This document shows positions 47,901 through 56,800 of a DNA stretch of 64,000 bases, in pieces. The first letter of the stretch is position 1. Each line of letters starts with the position of its first letter. Both the position numbers and the translations under genes were made by a program. The notes beneath the pieces are model-generated. The model made no database searches. It saw only the letters and a program-made list of their open reading frames with translations, and was not told the origin of the DNA. This stretch comes from Pristiophorus japonicus. Lineage: Eukaryota. Where the stretch lies: the NCBI RefSeq assembly GCF_044704955.1, contig NC_091993.1, positions 7,688,001 to 7,752,000 of the forward strand, written 5' to 3'.

Positions 47901-50812
47901 GGCAGCTCTGATCCTCTTCACCCGACCCGCCCCCCCCCCCCCCATCAATCCACACCCCCCCCCTCCCCCCCGCTGACGCTCCGGTCAACCACCCCCCCCC
48001 CCCCCCCAACGTGCTAATGGTCAGCTTACCACCCCCCCCCCCCCTTTTGGGATACCCGACTGCCACCCCGCCCCATCCCACGAGCCTTGGCCATTGCGTT
48101 CCCCGACCCCCCCCCCGCAACAATCCCCGAATCCACCCCCCCACAACCCCGACCAATGTCCCTCCCTGATTACTACCCCTATGCATCCCCCCACCAATTC
48201 CAGGTTCCCCCCCCCCCACCAATCCCCAACCCCTCCCCACAATCCCCAATCTCCACCCCATCCACCACCAATCCCCGACTCCCCCTCCCACCAATCCCCG
48301 GACCCCCCCACCAATCCCCCACTCCCCTCCCCACCAATCCCCGATCCCCCCCACCAATCCCCGACCCCCCCACCAATCCCCGACCCCCCCACCAATCCCC
48401 GACCCCCCCCACCAATCCACGACCCCCCACCCAATCCCCGACCCCCCCACCAATCCCCGACCCCCCCCACCAATCCCCGATCCCCCGCCACCAATCCCCG
48501 ACCCCCCCCACCAATCCCCGACCCCCCCCACCAATCCCCGACCCCCCCCACCAATCCCCCGACCCCCCCACCAATCCCCGACCCCCCCCACCAATCCCGA
48601 TCCCCGCCACCAATCCCCGACCCCCCCCACCAATCCTCAAACCCCCCCCACCAATCCCCAATCCCCCCCCACCAATCCCCAATCCTCCCCCACCATCCCA
48701 TCCCCCCCACCAATCCCCGACCCCCCCCCACCAATCCCCAATCCCCCACAATCCCTGACCCCCCCACCATCCCCAATCCCCCCCCACCAATCCCCAATCC
48801 CCCCCACCAATCCCCAATCCCCCCCAACAATCCCGACCCCCCCATCAATCCCCAATCCCCCCCCACATCCACCACCAATCCCCGATCACCCCCACCACCA
48901 ATCCCCGATCACCCCCCACCATCAATCCCCGATCCCCCCCCCATCATCCCCGATCCCCCCCACCATCAATCCCCGATTCCCCCCACCATCAATCCCCGAT
49001 CCCCCCCACCATCAATCCCCGATCCCCCCCACCATCAATCCCCGATTCCCCACCACCAATCCCCGATCACCCCCCACCACCAATCCCCGATTCCCCCACC
49101 ACCAATCCCCGATCACCCCCCACCACCAATCCCCGATTCCCCCACCACCAATCCCCGATTCCCCCACCACCAATCCCCGATCACCCACCACCAATCCCCG
49201 ATCCCCCCCACCACCAATCCCCGATCCCCCCACCACCAATCCCCGATCCCCCCCCCCACCAATCCCCCGATCCCCCCCCCCCACCAATCCCCGATCACCC
49301 CCCACCAATCCCCGATCACCCCCCACCAATCCCCGATCACCCCCACCACCAATCCCCGATCACCCCCCACCACCAATCCCCGATTCCCCCCACCACCAAT
49401 CCCCGATCACCCCCCACCACCAATCCCCGATTCCCCCCACCACCAATCCCCGATCACCCACCACCAATCCCCGATTCCCCCCACCACCAATCCCCGATCA
49501 CCCCCCACCAATCCCCGATCACCCCCCACCAATCCCCGATCACCCCCCACCAATCCCCGATCACCCCCCACCAATCCCCGATCACCCCCCACCAATCCCC
49601 GATCACCCCCCACCAATCCCCGATCACCCCCACCAATCCCCGATCACCCCCCACCAATCCCCGATCCCCCCACCACCAATCCCCGATTCCCTCCACCACC
49701 AATCCCCGATTCCCCCCACCACCAATCCCCGATCACCCCCCACCAATCCCCGATCACCCCCAACCAATCCCCGATTTCCCCCCACCACCAATCCCCGATT
49801 CCCCCCACCACCAATCCCCAATCACCCACCACCAATCCCCGATTCCCCCACCACCAATCCCCGATCACCCCCCACCAATCCCCGATCACCCCCCACCAAT
49901 CCCCCGATCACACCCCACCAATCCCCGATCACCCCCCACCAATCCCCGATCACCCCCCACCAATCCCCGATCCCCCCCCCCCCTCGCTGCGATTCCTCCT
50001 CTGGACTGGCTGGGGTCTCTCAAGCTGGCTGGCTGTGGGTGGGAATCTGAGGCCTCACATGAAAATCAGGCCCTGTGATTAAAGGCGGCAGGGCCTGCAG
50101 GAAATCCGGCCTCCCTGGTCTCCCGCCCCAACGTGCCACCTGGAGAAATGTTCGGTCTTTGTTTCAGGATTTGTCAAGAAGGCAGCATTCTAACCTATGC
50201 TCCACTTCACACTCTCTCGGTATTCCCCAGGTAGTTGTCGCTGGGCTAAGTAGCCCCAACATGTCAAGTACCTCATAGCATCCAGCAATATCATCAGCCT
50301 TGGCTCAGTTCTGAGGCAGAAGGTTGTGGGCTCAGGTCCCACTCCAGAGACATGAACACATAATCTAGGCTGTCGCTTCAGTGCATCTTTTAGATGAAGC
50401 TTTAATCCAAGGCCTTGCCTTCCCTCTCAGCTGGACGTTTAATGATTATGTTAGATGGCGATGTGACAGTAGGCATACATGAGATTTCATATAGCCAGTC
50501 AATTTCCTGGACACAGATCATGTGAGACAGTATTACCATCCAAACTTTTCCTTTTGCAGAAACTAAAAAACACTGTTAATGAAATTAATTTTGCAAAAAC
50601 TTTAATAACAAAGGTGACTGGAGATTTGTTAAGGATACTTTCTAGGATCCAATCTGCCCACATGCTGAGTGGTGGGTAATTGACATAGCGATTCTTAAGA
50701 GAGTTTCTTTCTCTGTGGTTTGTGGAGACACTTATTTTTCGAACTGGATTAAAATCAAAACGCACCAGCTGCAGAGGATCTTCAATCATCAACTTGTGCA
50801 ACATCTTTGGAT
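3844..50812 (-). CDS. CATSPER2: CATSPER2 gene span (10 coding exons in window, 5'-partial), cation channel sperm-associated protein 2
   Basis: Spliced exons 50639-50812, 44218-44286, 43088-43260, 26763-26924, 23298-23422, 21009-21187, 16856-16955, 11036-11145, 10151-10309 and 3844-3875 total 1283 nt with matching phases and no internal stop. Motifs [52 protein letters not shown] and QALLN are collinear with mammalian CatSper2 as I recall it. Confidence 0.95.
4996..9661 (+). mobile_element. Gypsy LTR retrotransposon A (Mag-like), 5'-truncated, frameshifted; 3' LTR 9457-9661
   Basis: Zn knuckles CWRCGGDH..C and [14 protein letters not shown], protease [15 protein letters not shown], RNase H, integrase (VSDNG, NGQAER), polypurine tract gcaggggggaag, TG...CA LTR. 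Confidence 0.92.
7123..8112 (+). mobile_element. MITE with GGGCCCAAGTTTCCACA TIRs inserted in Gypsy A pol; TSD ATT
   Basis: 17-bp TIRs with ATT on both sides; removing it restores GAC CCC TTA TTA TCT CTA (DPLLSL). Confidence 0.92.
9662..10083 (+). mobile_element. SacSINE1-like tRNA-derived Deu-domain SINE
   Basis: Core cagattatctggtcattatcacattgctgtttgtgggagcttgctgtgcgc and tail aaatgcaagtctttctttct; head clipped at the Gypsy LTR. Confidence 0.8.
10151..10309 (-). CDS. CATSPER2: CATSPER2 exon ([13 protein letters not shown]...[32 protein letters not shown])
   Basis: 159 nt; acceptor tttctccacag, donor GTGGGT; WPRDSLFRY motif characteristic of CatSper2. Confidence 0.95.
11036..11145 (-). CDS. 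CATSPER2: Probable CATSPER2 exon, divergent Ser/Thr-rich C-terminal linker ([37 protein letters not shown])
   Basis: CTAAC branch-like site, CAGCAG acceptor and strong AAG|GTAAGA donor. Phase 2 to 1 exactly bridges the flanking exons. No recognisable homology, so support is structural only. Confidence 0.7.
11508..11893 (+). mobile_element. SacSINE1-like SINE
   Basis: A box tagctcagt, B box ggttcaagtcc, Deu core. Confidence 0.82.
13968..14504 (+). mobile_element. Non-autonomous retroelement with RTE-type 3' tail, inserted into a SacSINE1-like SINE (13857-13967 and 14505-14595)
   Basis: Ends gtggaagcaagtcatccttgtttcgagggaccacctatgatgatga, close to the RTE tail at 19802-19847; SINE sequence resumes on both sides. 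Confidence 0.7.
15243..15677. mobile_element. Tc1/mariner-pogo (Tigger-like) MITE
   Basis: TA|CAGGTTGAGC...CACACCTG|TA ends with imperfect TIRs (CAGGT..GAAATC.GGA) and a TA TSD. Confidence 0.7.
16856..16955 (-). CDS. CATSPER2: CATSPER2 exon, post-S6 coiled region ([33 protein letters not shown])
   Basis: 100 nt; acceptor ttttacgcacag, donor GTACGA; matches human VTNFQNIRKEL...KADMFK. Confidence 0.92.
17265..17690 (-). mobile_element. SacSINE1-like SINE, minus strand
   Basis: Reverse complement of the SINE tail (aaagaaagaaagact), core and B box (gggcttgaacc). Confidence 0.75.
18893..19847 (+). mobile_element. 5'-truncated RTE-clade LINE
   Basis: Peptide [15 protein letters not shown]; (GAT)n tail; 11-bp TSD ACTGTTGCACT at 18882-18892 and 19848-19858. 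Confidence 0.88.
20330..20800 (+). mobile_element. Near full-length SacSINE1-like SINE
   Basis: A box tggctcagtgg, B box ggttcaagtcc, Deu core and 3' tail. Confidence 0.85.
21009..21187 (-). CDS. CATSPER2: CATSPER2 exon, pore loop and S6 ([28 protein letters not shown]...[10 protein letters not shown])
   Basis: 179 nt; acceptor tttttaccag, donor GTAAGC; TxDxW CatSper selectivity filter. Confidence 0.96.
21622..21810 (+). mobile_element. Truncated MITE end related to 7123-8112
   Basis: Ends gaaacttgggccc; subterminal sequence resembles 7960-8112. Confidence 0.65.
22036..22687. mobile_element. Penelope-like element remnant arranged as an inverted repeat (arms about 22036-22160 and 22565-22687)
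   Basis: The arms are reverse complements (aaaacagaaaatgctggaaatctcag / ctgagatttccagcattttctgtttt) and each contains a hammerhead-like core. Confidence 0.75.
22587..22624 (+). ncRNA. Minimal type I hammerhead ribozyme motif (Penelope-associated)
   Basis: aatt CTGACGA a gggtc atc gacct GAAA cg TT aact; mirrored copy at 22101-22137 on the minus strand. Confidence 0.6.
23298..23422 (-). CDS. CATSPER2: CATSPER2 exon, S5 ([41 protein letters not shown])
   Basis: 125 nt; acceptor tctattctag, donor GTAATT; aligns with human SMTFLLMLLLIFFYIFAVTGVYVFSEYTRS. The ORF track shows a different frame here. Confidence 0.93.
23985..25500. mobile_element. Cluster of nested CR1 LINE 3' fragments in both orientations
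   Basis: Peptides [16 protein letters not shown] and [18 protein letters not shown]; CR1 3' UTR tails. Confidence 0.85.
25872..26238 (+). repeat. Tandem repeat with core GGAGGCAGCTCGAGTCT and a higher-order unit containing gagtttcaaaaaaagctgctc
   Basis: About a dozen copies of the core visible; the larger unit occurs three times. Confidence 0.8.
26763..26924 (-). CDS. CATSPER2: CATSPER2 exon, S4 voltage sensor and S4-S5 linker (SLIPEIV...[20 protein letters not shown]...ITKAFK)
   Basis: 162 nt, phase 0 to 0; acceptor accag, donor GTAATA; R/K every third residue. Confidence 0.95.
27080..27310 (+). mobile_element. SacSINE1-like SINE, 3' half
   Basis: Deu core and tail gaaaggcgctatataaatgcaagtc. 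Confidence 0.75.
27889..28497 (-). mobile_element. Candidate solo LTR (ERV-like), about 609 bp
   Basis: Minus-strand TGAAATGGGG...CTACA ends with A-run flanks. CCAAT (28116-28112), TATAAAA (28030-28024) and AATAAA (27958-27953) are in U3-R-U5 order. It interrupts the GIT-ETWL motif of the old CR1. Confidence 0.6.
28556..29440 (-). mobile_element. Young 5'-truncated CR1 LINE
   Basis: Open 244-aa ORF2 C-terminus; (CATAGAAA)n tail; nearly identical to 50964-51852. Confidence 0.93.
29961..31379 (+). mobile_element. 5'-truncated CR1 LINE (second subfamily)
   Basis: RT motifs [30 protein letters not shown] and ADD; (TTCTTATG)n tail. Confidence 0.93.
31709..35669 (+). mobile_element. Gypsy element B (Mag-like): 5' LTR about 31709-31956, PBS, gag-pol, truncated in integrase
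   Basis: TG start; PBS TGGCGACGAG at 31958, complementary to the tRNA-Ser(GCT) 3' end; [25 protein letters not shown]; no 3' LTR. Confidence 0.92.
35670..39039 (-). mobile_element. Gypsy element C (Mag-like): 5' LTR 38830-39039, PBS, gag-pol, truncated early in the integrase core
   Basis: TG...CA LTR; PBS at 38827-38818; gag ([13 protein letters not shown]), [18 protein letters not shown]; no 3' LTR. Confidence 0.92.
40034..40993 (-). mobile_element. Second full copy of the GGGCCCAAGTTTCCACA MITE; TSD AAT
   Basis: Reverse-complement homolog of 7123-8112 with AAT on both sides. Confidence 0.92.
41238..41524. mobile_element. Short MITE with GGGCTGAAATTGTCCC / GGGGCAATTTTGCCCC ends
   Basis: Imperfect TIRs and GC-rich body, embedded in decayed CR1. 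Confidence 0.6.
42231..43075. mobile_element. MITE with (A/G)GGGC(C/T)GAAATTG TIRs; apparent TSD TGC
   Basis: 13-bp TIR with two mismatches; tgc on both flanks; internal tandem ggaaattgccccac. Confidence 0.7.
43088..43260 (-). CDS. CATSPER2: CATSPER2 exon, S2-S3 (DVAVKPGPK...[29 protein letters not shown])
   Basis: 173 nt; acceptor cttcctcag, donor GTAAGA; carries the WNVFD motif of voltage-gated channel S3. Confidence 0.95.
44218..44286 (-). CDS. CATSPER2: CATSPER2 exon, S1 ([23 protein letters not shown])
   Basis: 69 nt; acceptor ccag, donor GTAAGA; hydrophobic helix aligning with human CPLFKNFIIFLVFLNTIILMVEI. Not in the ORF track. Confidence 0.9.
44521..45965 (-). mobile_element. 5'-truncated CR1 LINE, same subfamily as 29961-31379
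   Basis: RT motifs KFADD and [11 protein letters not shown]; (CATAAGAA)n tail. Confidence 0.93.
46955..47590 (+). repeat. G-rich minisatellite (GGGACAGGATGTGGGGGG / GGGATGCGGGGGG)
   Basis: Directly visible tandem array. Confidence 0.92.
48100..49985 (+). repeat. C-rich minisatellite (CCACCAATCCCCGAT(C/T)ACCC-type unit)
   Basis: About 1.9 kb tandem array; the source of the spurious Pro-rich and Gly-rich ORFs. Confidence 0.95.
50639..50812 (-). CDS. CATSPER2: CATSPER2 exon, N-terminal cytoplasmic region ([19 protein letters not shown]...[12 protein letters not shown])
   Basis: Acceptor ttccatag; 174 nt, phase 1 to 1; donor GTATCCTT; resembles human DPSRQKKLVLGDQHQLVRF...PPLSLWAGWVLE. Confidence 0.93.
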
Positions 50813-50895
50813 CTATGGAACAATGAGTAAGGATCATTATAAGCCTTTTTGCATTGACTGCATTATTACTTTTTTCGAGTTTTTATATATATTTT

Positions 50896-53800
50896 TGTCA
50901 TGTATACATGCTGTTTGTAGCCACCAGATGGTGTCATTATTGGAGGCCACTGAGCAGCACGCACATAGAAACATAGAAACATAGAAACATAGAAAATAGG
51001 TGCAGGAGTAGGCCATTCGGCCCTTCTAGCCTGCACCGCCATTCAATGAGTTCATGGCTGAACATGCAACCTCAGTACCCCATTCCTGCTTTCTCACCAT
51101 ACCCCTTGATTCCCCTAGTAGTAAGGACTACATCTAACTCCTTTTTGAATATATTCAGTGAACTGGCCTCAACAACTTTCTGTGGTAGAGAATTCCACAG
51201 GCTCACCACTCTCTGGGTGAAGAAGTTTCTCCTCATCTCGGTCCTAAATGGCTTACCCCTTATCCTTAGACTGTGTCCCCTGGTTCTGGACTTCCCCAAC
51301 ATTGGGAACATTCTTCCTGCATCTAACCTGTCTAACCCCGTCAGAATTTTAAACGTTTCTATGAGGTCCCCTCTCATTCTTCTGAACTCCAGTGAATACA
51401 AGCCCAGTTGATCCAATCTTTCTTGATAGGTCAGTCCCGCCATCCCGGGAATCAGTCTGGTGAACCTTCGCTGCACTCCCTCAATAGCAAGAATGTCCTT
51501 CCTCAGGTTAGGAGACCAAAACTGTACACAATACTCCAGGTGTGGCCTCACCAAGGCCCTGTACAACTGTAGCAACACCTCCCTGCCCCTGTACTCAAAT
51601 CCCCTCGCTATGAAGGCCAACATGCCATTTGCTTTCTTAACCGCCTGCTGTACCTGCATGCCAACCTTCAATGACTGATGTACCATGACACCCAGGTCTC
51701 TTTGCACCTCCCCTTTTCCTAATCTGTCACCATTCAGATAATAGTCTGTTTCTCTGTTTTTACCACCAAAGTGGATAACCTCACATTTATCCACATTATA
51801 CTTCATCTGCCATGCATTTGCCCACTCACCTAACCTATCCAAGTCGCTCTGCAGCCTCATAGCATCCTCCTCGCAGCTCACACTGCCACCCAACTTAGTG
51901 TCATCCGCAAATTTGGAGATACTACATTTAATCCCCTCGTCTAAATCATTAATGTACAGTGTAAACAGCTGGGGCCCCAGCACAGAACCTTGCAGTACCC
52001 CACTAGTCACTGCCTGCCATTCTGAAAAGTCCCCATTTACTCCTACTCTTTGCTTCCTGTCTGACAACCAGTTCTCAATCCATGTCAGCACACTACCCTC
52101 AATCCCATGTGCTTTAACTTTGCACATTAATCTCTTGTGTGGGACCTTGTCTAAAGCCTTCTGAAAGTCCAAATATACCACATCAACTGGTTCTCCCTTG
52201 TCCACTCTGCTGGAAACATCCTCAAAAAATTCCAGAAGATTTGTCAAGCATGATTTCCCTTTCACAAATCCATGCTGACTTGGACCTATCATATTACCTC
52301 TTTCCAAATGCACTGCTATGACATCCTTAATAATTGATTCCATCATTTTACCCACTACCGATGTCAGGCTGACCGGTCTATAATTCCGTTTTCTCTCTCC
52401 CTCCTTTTTTAAAAAGTGGGGTTACATTGGCTACCCTCCACTCCATAGGAACTGATCCAGAGTCAATGGAATGTTGGAAAATGACTGTCAATGCATCCAC
52501 TATTTCCAAGGCCACTTCCTTAAGTACTCTGGGATGCAGTCCATCAGGCCCTGGGGATTTATCGGCCTTCAATCCCATCAGTTTCCCCAACACAATTTCC
52601 CGACTAATAAGGATTTCCCTCAGTTCCTCCTCCTTACTAGACCCTCCGACCCCTTTTATATCCGGAAGGTTGTTTGTGTCCTCCTCAGTGAATACTGAAC
52701 CAAAGTACTTGTTCAATTGGTCCGCCATTTCTTTGTTCCCCGTTATGACTTTCCCTGATTCTGACTGCAGGGGACCTACGTTTCTCTTTACTAACCTTTT
52801 TCTCTTTACATATCTATAGAAACTTTTGCAATCCGTCTTAATGTTCCCTGCAAGCTTCTTCTCGTACTCCATTTTCCCTGCCCTAATCAAACTCTTTGTC
52901 CTCCTCTGCTGAGTTCTAAATTTCTCCCAGTCCCCGGGTTCGCTGCTATTTCTGGCCAATTTGTATGCCACTTCCTTGGCTTTAATACTATCCCTGATTT
53001 TCCTTGATAGCCACGGTTGAGCCACCTTCCCTTTTTTATTTTTACGCCAGACAGGAATGTACAATTGTTGTACTTCATCCATGCGGTCTCTAAATGTCTG
53101 CCATTGCCCATCCACAGTCAATCCCTTCAGTATCATTCGCCAATCTATCCTAGCCAATTCATGCCTCATACCTTCAAAGTTACCCTTCTTTAAGTTCTGG
53201 ACCATGGTCTCTGAATTAACTGTTTCATTCTCCATCCTAATGCAGAATTCCACCATATTATGGTCACTCTTCCCCAAGGGGCCTCGCACAACGAGATTGC
53301 TAATTAATCCTCTCTCATTACACAACACCCAGTCTAAGATGGCCTCCCCCCTAGTTGGTTCCTCGACATATTGGTCTAAAAAACCATCCCTTATGCACTC
53401 CAGGAAATCCTCCTCCACCGTATTGCTTCCAGTTTGGTTAACCCAATCTATGTGCATATTAAAGTCACCCATTATAACTGCTGCACCTTTATTGCACGCA
53501 CCCCTAATTTCATGTTTGATGCCCTCCCCAACATCACTACTACTGTTTGGAGGTCTGTACACAACTCCCACGAACGTTTTTTGCCCTTTGGTATTCTGCA
53601 GCTCTTCCCATATAGATTCCACATCGTCCAAGCTAATGTCCTTCCGAACTATTGCCTTAATTTCCTCCTTAACCAGCAATGCTACCCCACCTCCTTTTCC
53701 TTTTATTCTATCTTTCCTGAATGTTGAATACCCCTGGATGTTGAGTTCCCAGACCTGATCATCCTGGAGCCACGTCTCCGTAATCCCATCCCTTATGCAC

Positions 53801-56800
53801 TGGTGCTGCTCAGGTATAAAAGGCCAGACATTTGGTGAGTCAGGCACTTTTGGGGCAAAATAAAGCAGAAGCAAGGTTGTACCTTGTTTAGTTAAACAGT
53901 ACTCAGTTTGAACTTTATTGCATACATAACATTTGGCGACGAGAATACAAGAACCTTTGTTTGCAAAATGAGCACGATTGGATTTTTAGAGCGATTCGTG
54001 GAGGGAGAAGATTGTGCAGACTTTGTGAGCTGTTTGAACCAGTACTTCGTGGCCAACAAAATGAAGGGGGTCGATGATGCAGATCGGTGACGGGGCATAT
54101 TCCTCACTGTGTGCGGTTCGAAGATCTATGGTCTGATAAAGACTCTACTCATGCCGAGTGATCCAACAGAGAAAATGTATGAGGAGTTGTGTACATTGGT
54201 ACGGGAGCACCTCAAGCCAGACGACGGCATCATCATCTCAAGATACAGGTTTTATACACACTTTCGATCGGAGGGCCAGAGTGTGGCGGAATTCATTGCC
54301 GACCTGAGACGTCTAGCGGGATCGTGCAAGGTGTTGGCAGACATGCTGCAGGACTTCTTTGTCATTGGTATCAACCACGAGGTGATCCTGTGCAAACTTC
54401 TGGCGGTGGAGGAGTTGGATTTAAAAAGGGCCATTCAGATCACTCAATCATGTGTGACGACGGACAGGAGTCTAAAGCAAATAGCGGTGAAGAACCGAAC
54501 CTTGGCAAGTACTGTAAATGTGATTGATTCGCCGATCGGTAGAGCGGCACACGGCAGGGCCTATCCGGCTGTGTTCGCGAATGATTCGGCGTTCGGCAGA
54601 GCGGCACATGGCAGGGCCTATCCGGCTGTGTTCGCAAAACCTGTGGCTGCCCAAAGTCCGCCAGCGGGAATGTATCCGACTTTTCCGTGTTGGTGTTGTG
54701 GGGGAAATCATCGGCACCAGCAGTGCCGATTTAAGCAATATAGTTGCAAAGGCTGTCTGAGAGTGGGGCATCTACAGCGCAAGTGTCCACAGATGAGCAA
54801 GCGAGCTGCGACACACCACGTGAAGGATGAGAGTCAGAGTAGCGCGGACCCGGATACGCAATCCGAGATGCCAGAGGAGGAAGTGTATGGACTGTACTCT
54901 TTCATAAGCAAGGGTAAACCAATTTGGATTAATGTGAAGTTTAACAGGATACCGGTATCGAAGAAACTAGACACAGGGGCGAGTCAATCTAACATGAATG
55001 AGAGGGCATTTAATAAGCAGTGGGATACTAAGACTGTGAGGCACAGGCTGAGCCCTGTTAACGCCAAGCTGCGCACGTACACCAAAGAACTGATAAAGGT
55101 GATTGGCAGTGCACAAATTAACGTGTCATATAACGGTGCTGTGCATTGTTCCAGGCAATGGCCCAACGCTGCTCGGCAGGAGCTGGTTGGAGAAAATCAG
55201 ATGCGACTGGAATGACATAAAGGCGTTGTCGTCGGAGGAAGTATTGAGCAAGTTCCCCTCGCTGTTCGAACCGGGTATCGGCAACTTCACGGGAGCTAAG
55301 GTGCAGATCCACGTGGACTCAGATGCAAGACCTGTCCATCATAAAGCTCGGGCAGTGCCGTAAATGATGAGGGGGAAGGTCGAAATTGAACTGGACAGAC
55401 TCCAGCGTGAAGGGATCAAATCACTGGTCAAATTTAATGAATGGGCCAGCCTCATTGTTCCTGTGCTAAAAAGTGATGGCACAGTCAGAATCTGTGGCGA
55501 CTACAAGGCTACGATCAACAGGGTTTCGAAATAGGATCAGTACCCGTTACCGAAGGCTGATGACTTGCTAGCCGGAGGGAAGTCGTCACAAAACTGAACT
55601 TGACGTTGGCCTATACGACGCAGGAGTTGGTCGAGACGTCGAAGAGACTTGCGTGCATTAACACGCACAAAGGACTGTTTATTTACCACAGTTGCCCATT
55701 TGGAATTTGCTCAGCAGCAGCAATATTCCAGAGGAATATGGAAAGTCTACTGAAGTCCGTTCCCAGAACCGTCATGTTCCAAGGTGACATCCTGATCACC
55801 GATCGTGGCTCCAAGGAACATCTGAACACCCTGGAAGAGGTTCTACTGCGTTTGGACAGAGTGGGACTCAGACTTAAACGCTCGAAGTGCGTCTTCATGG
55901 CACCGGAGGTCGAATTCCTCGGGAAGAAAATTGCCGCTGATGGCATCAGACCTACTGACGTGAAACCCAAAGCCATCAAGAATGCACCCAAGCCACAGAA
56001 CGTGACAGAGCTGTGTTTGTTCCTCGGTCTACTCAACTACTTTGGTAACTTCCTACCTAAATTGAGCACCTTACTTGAACCACTGCACATGCTATTGAGA
56101 AAAGGCAACAACTGGGTGTGGGGCGCATCGCAAGACAGAGCTTTCGAGAAAGCCACCAATCTACTTTGCTCGAACAAGCTGCTGGTACATTATGACCCAT
56201 GTAAACATTTAGTTTTGGCCTGTGACGCATCGTCATATGGAATTGGTTGCGTGTTACAACAAGCCAATGAGTCGGGGAAACTTCAACCTGTCGCGTATGC
56301 ATCCAAAAGTTTGTCTAAAGCAGAAAGAGCCTACAGTATGGTAGAAAAAGAAGCTTTAGTGTGTGTGTTCGGTCTGAGGTTCGAATTAGAGACCGATCAC
56401 AAGCCGCTCATTTAGTTGTTTTCCGAGAGCAAAGTATCAATACCAACGCTTCATCCCGCATCCAAAGTTGGCCGCTGACATTATCTGCCTATGATTATGT
56501 CATTCACCACAGACATGGCACAGAGAATTGTGCCAATGCCTTGAGCCGGTTGTCGTTGTCCACACCGGAGGTGGAAGTGCCACAATCGACAGATTTAATG
56601 TTAATCATGGATGCTTTTGTGAGTGACGTCAAGGCTCAACAAGTTAATACCTGGACCAGCCAGGACCCGATATTACTGGTGGTAAAGGGTTGCATCCTCA
56701 AAGGGGATGGGTCTGCCATACCTAAGCAGATGTGCGAGGAGGCCAAACCGTACATTCGTCGCAAGGACGATCTATCTATTCAAGCAGATTGCATATTGTG

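Larger units (their letters stand above)
44287..50638 (-). other. Probable U12-type (minor spliceosome) GT-AG intron of CATSPER2
   Basis: 5' splice site GTATCCTT; branch-like TTTTCCTGA at 44309-44301, 14 nt before the AG; no polypyrimidine tract immediately before the acceptor. Confidence 0.75.

Noticed and set aside
48094-50082. 662-aa Pro-rich ORF and overlapping Gly/Trp-rich ORFs
   Set aside because: Translation of a stop-poor minisatellite that is open in many frames on both strands.
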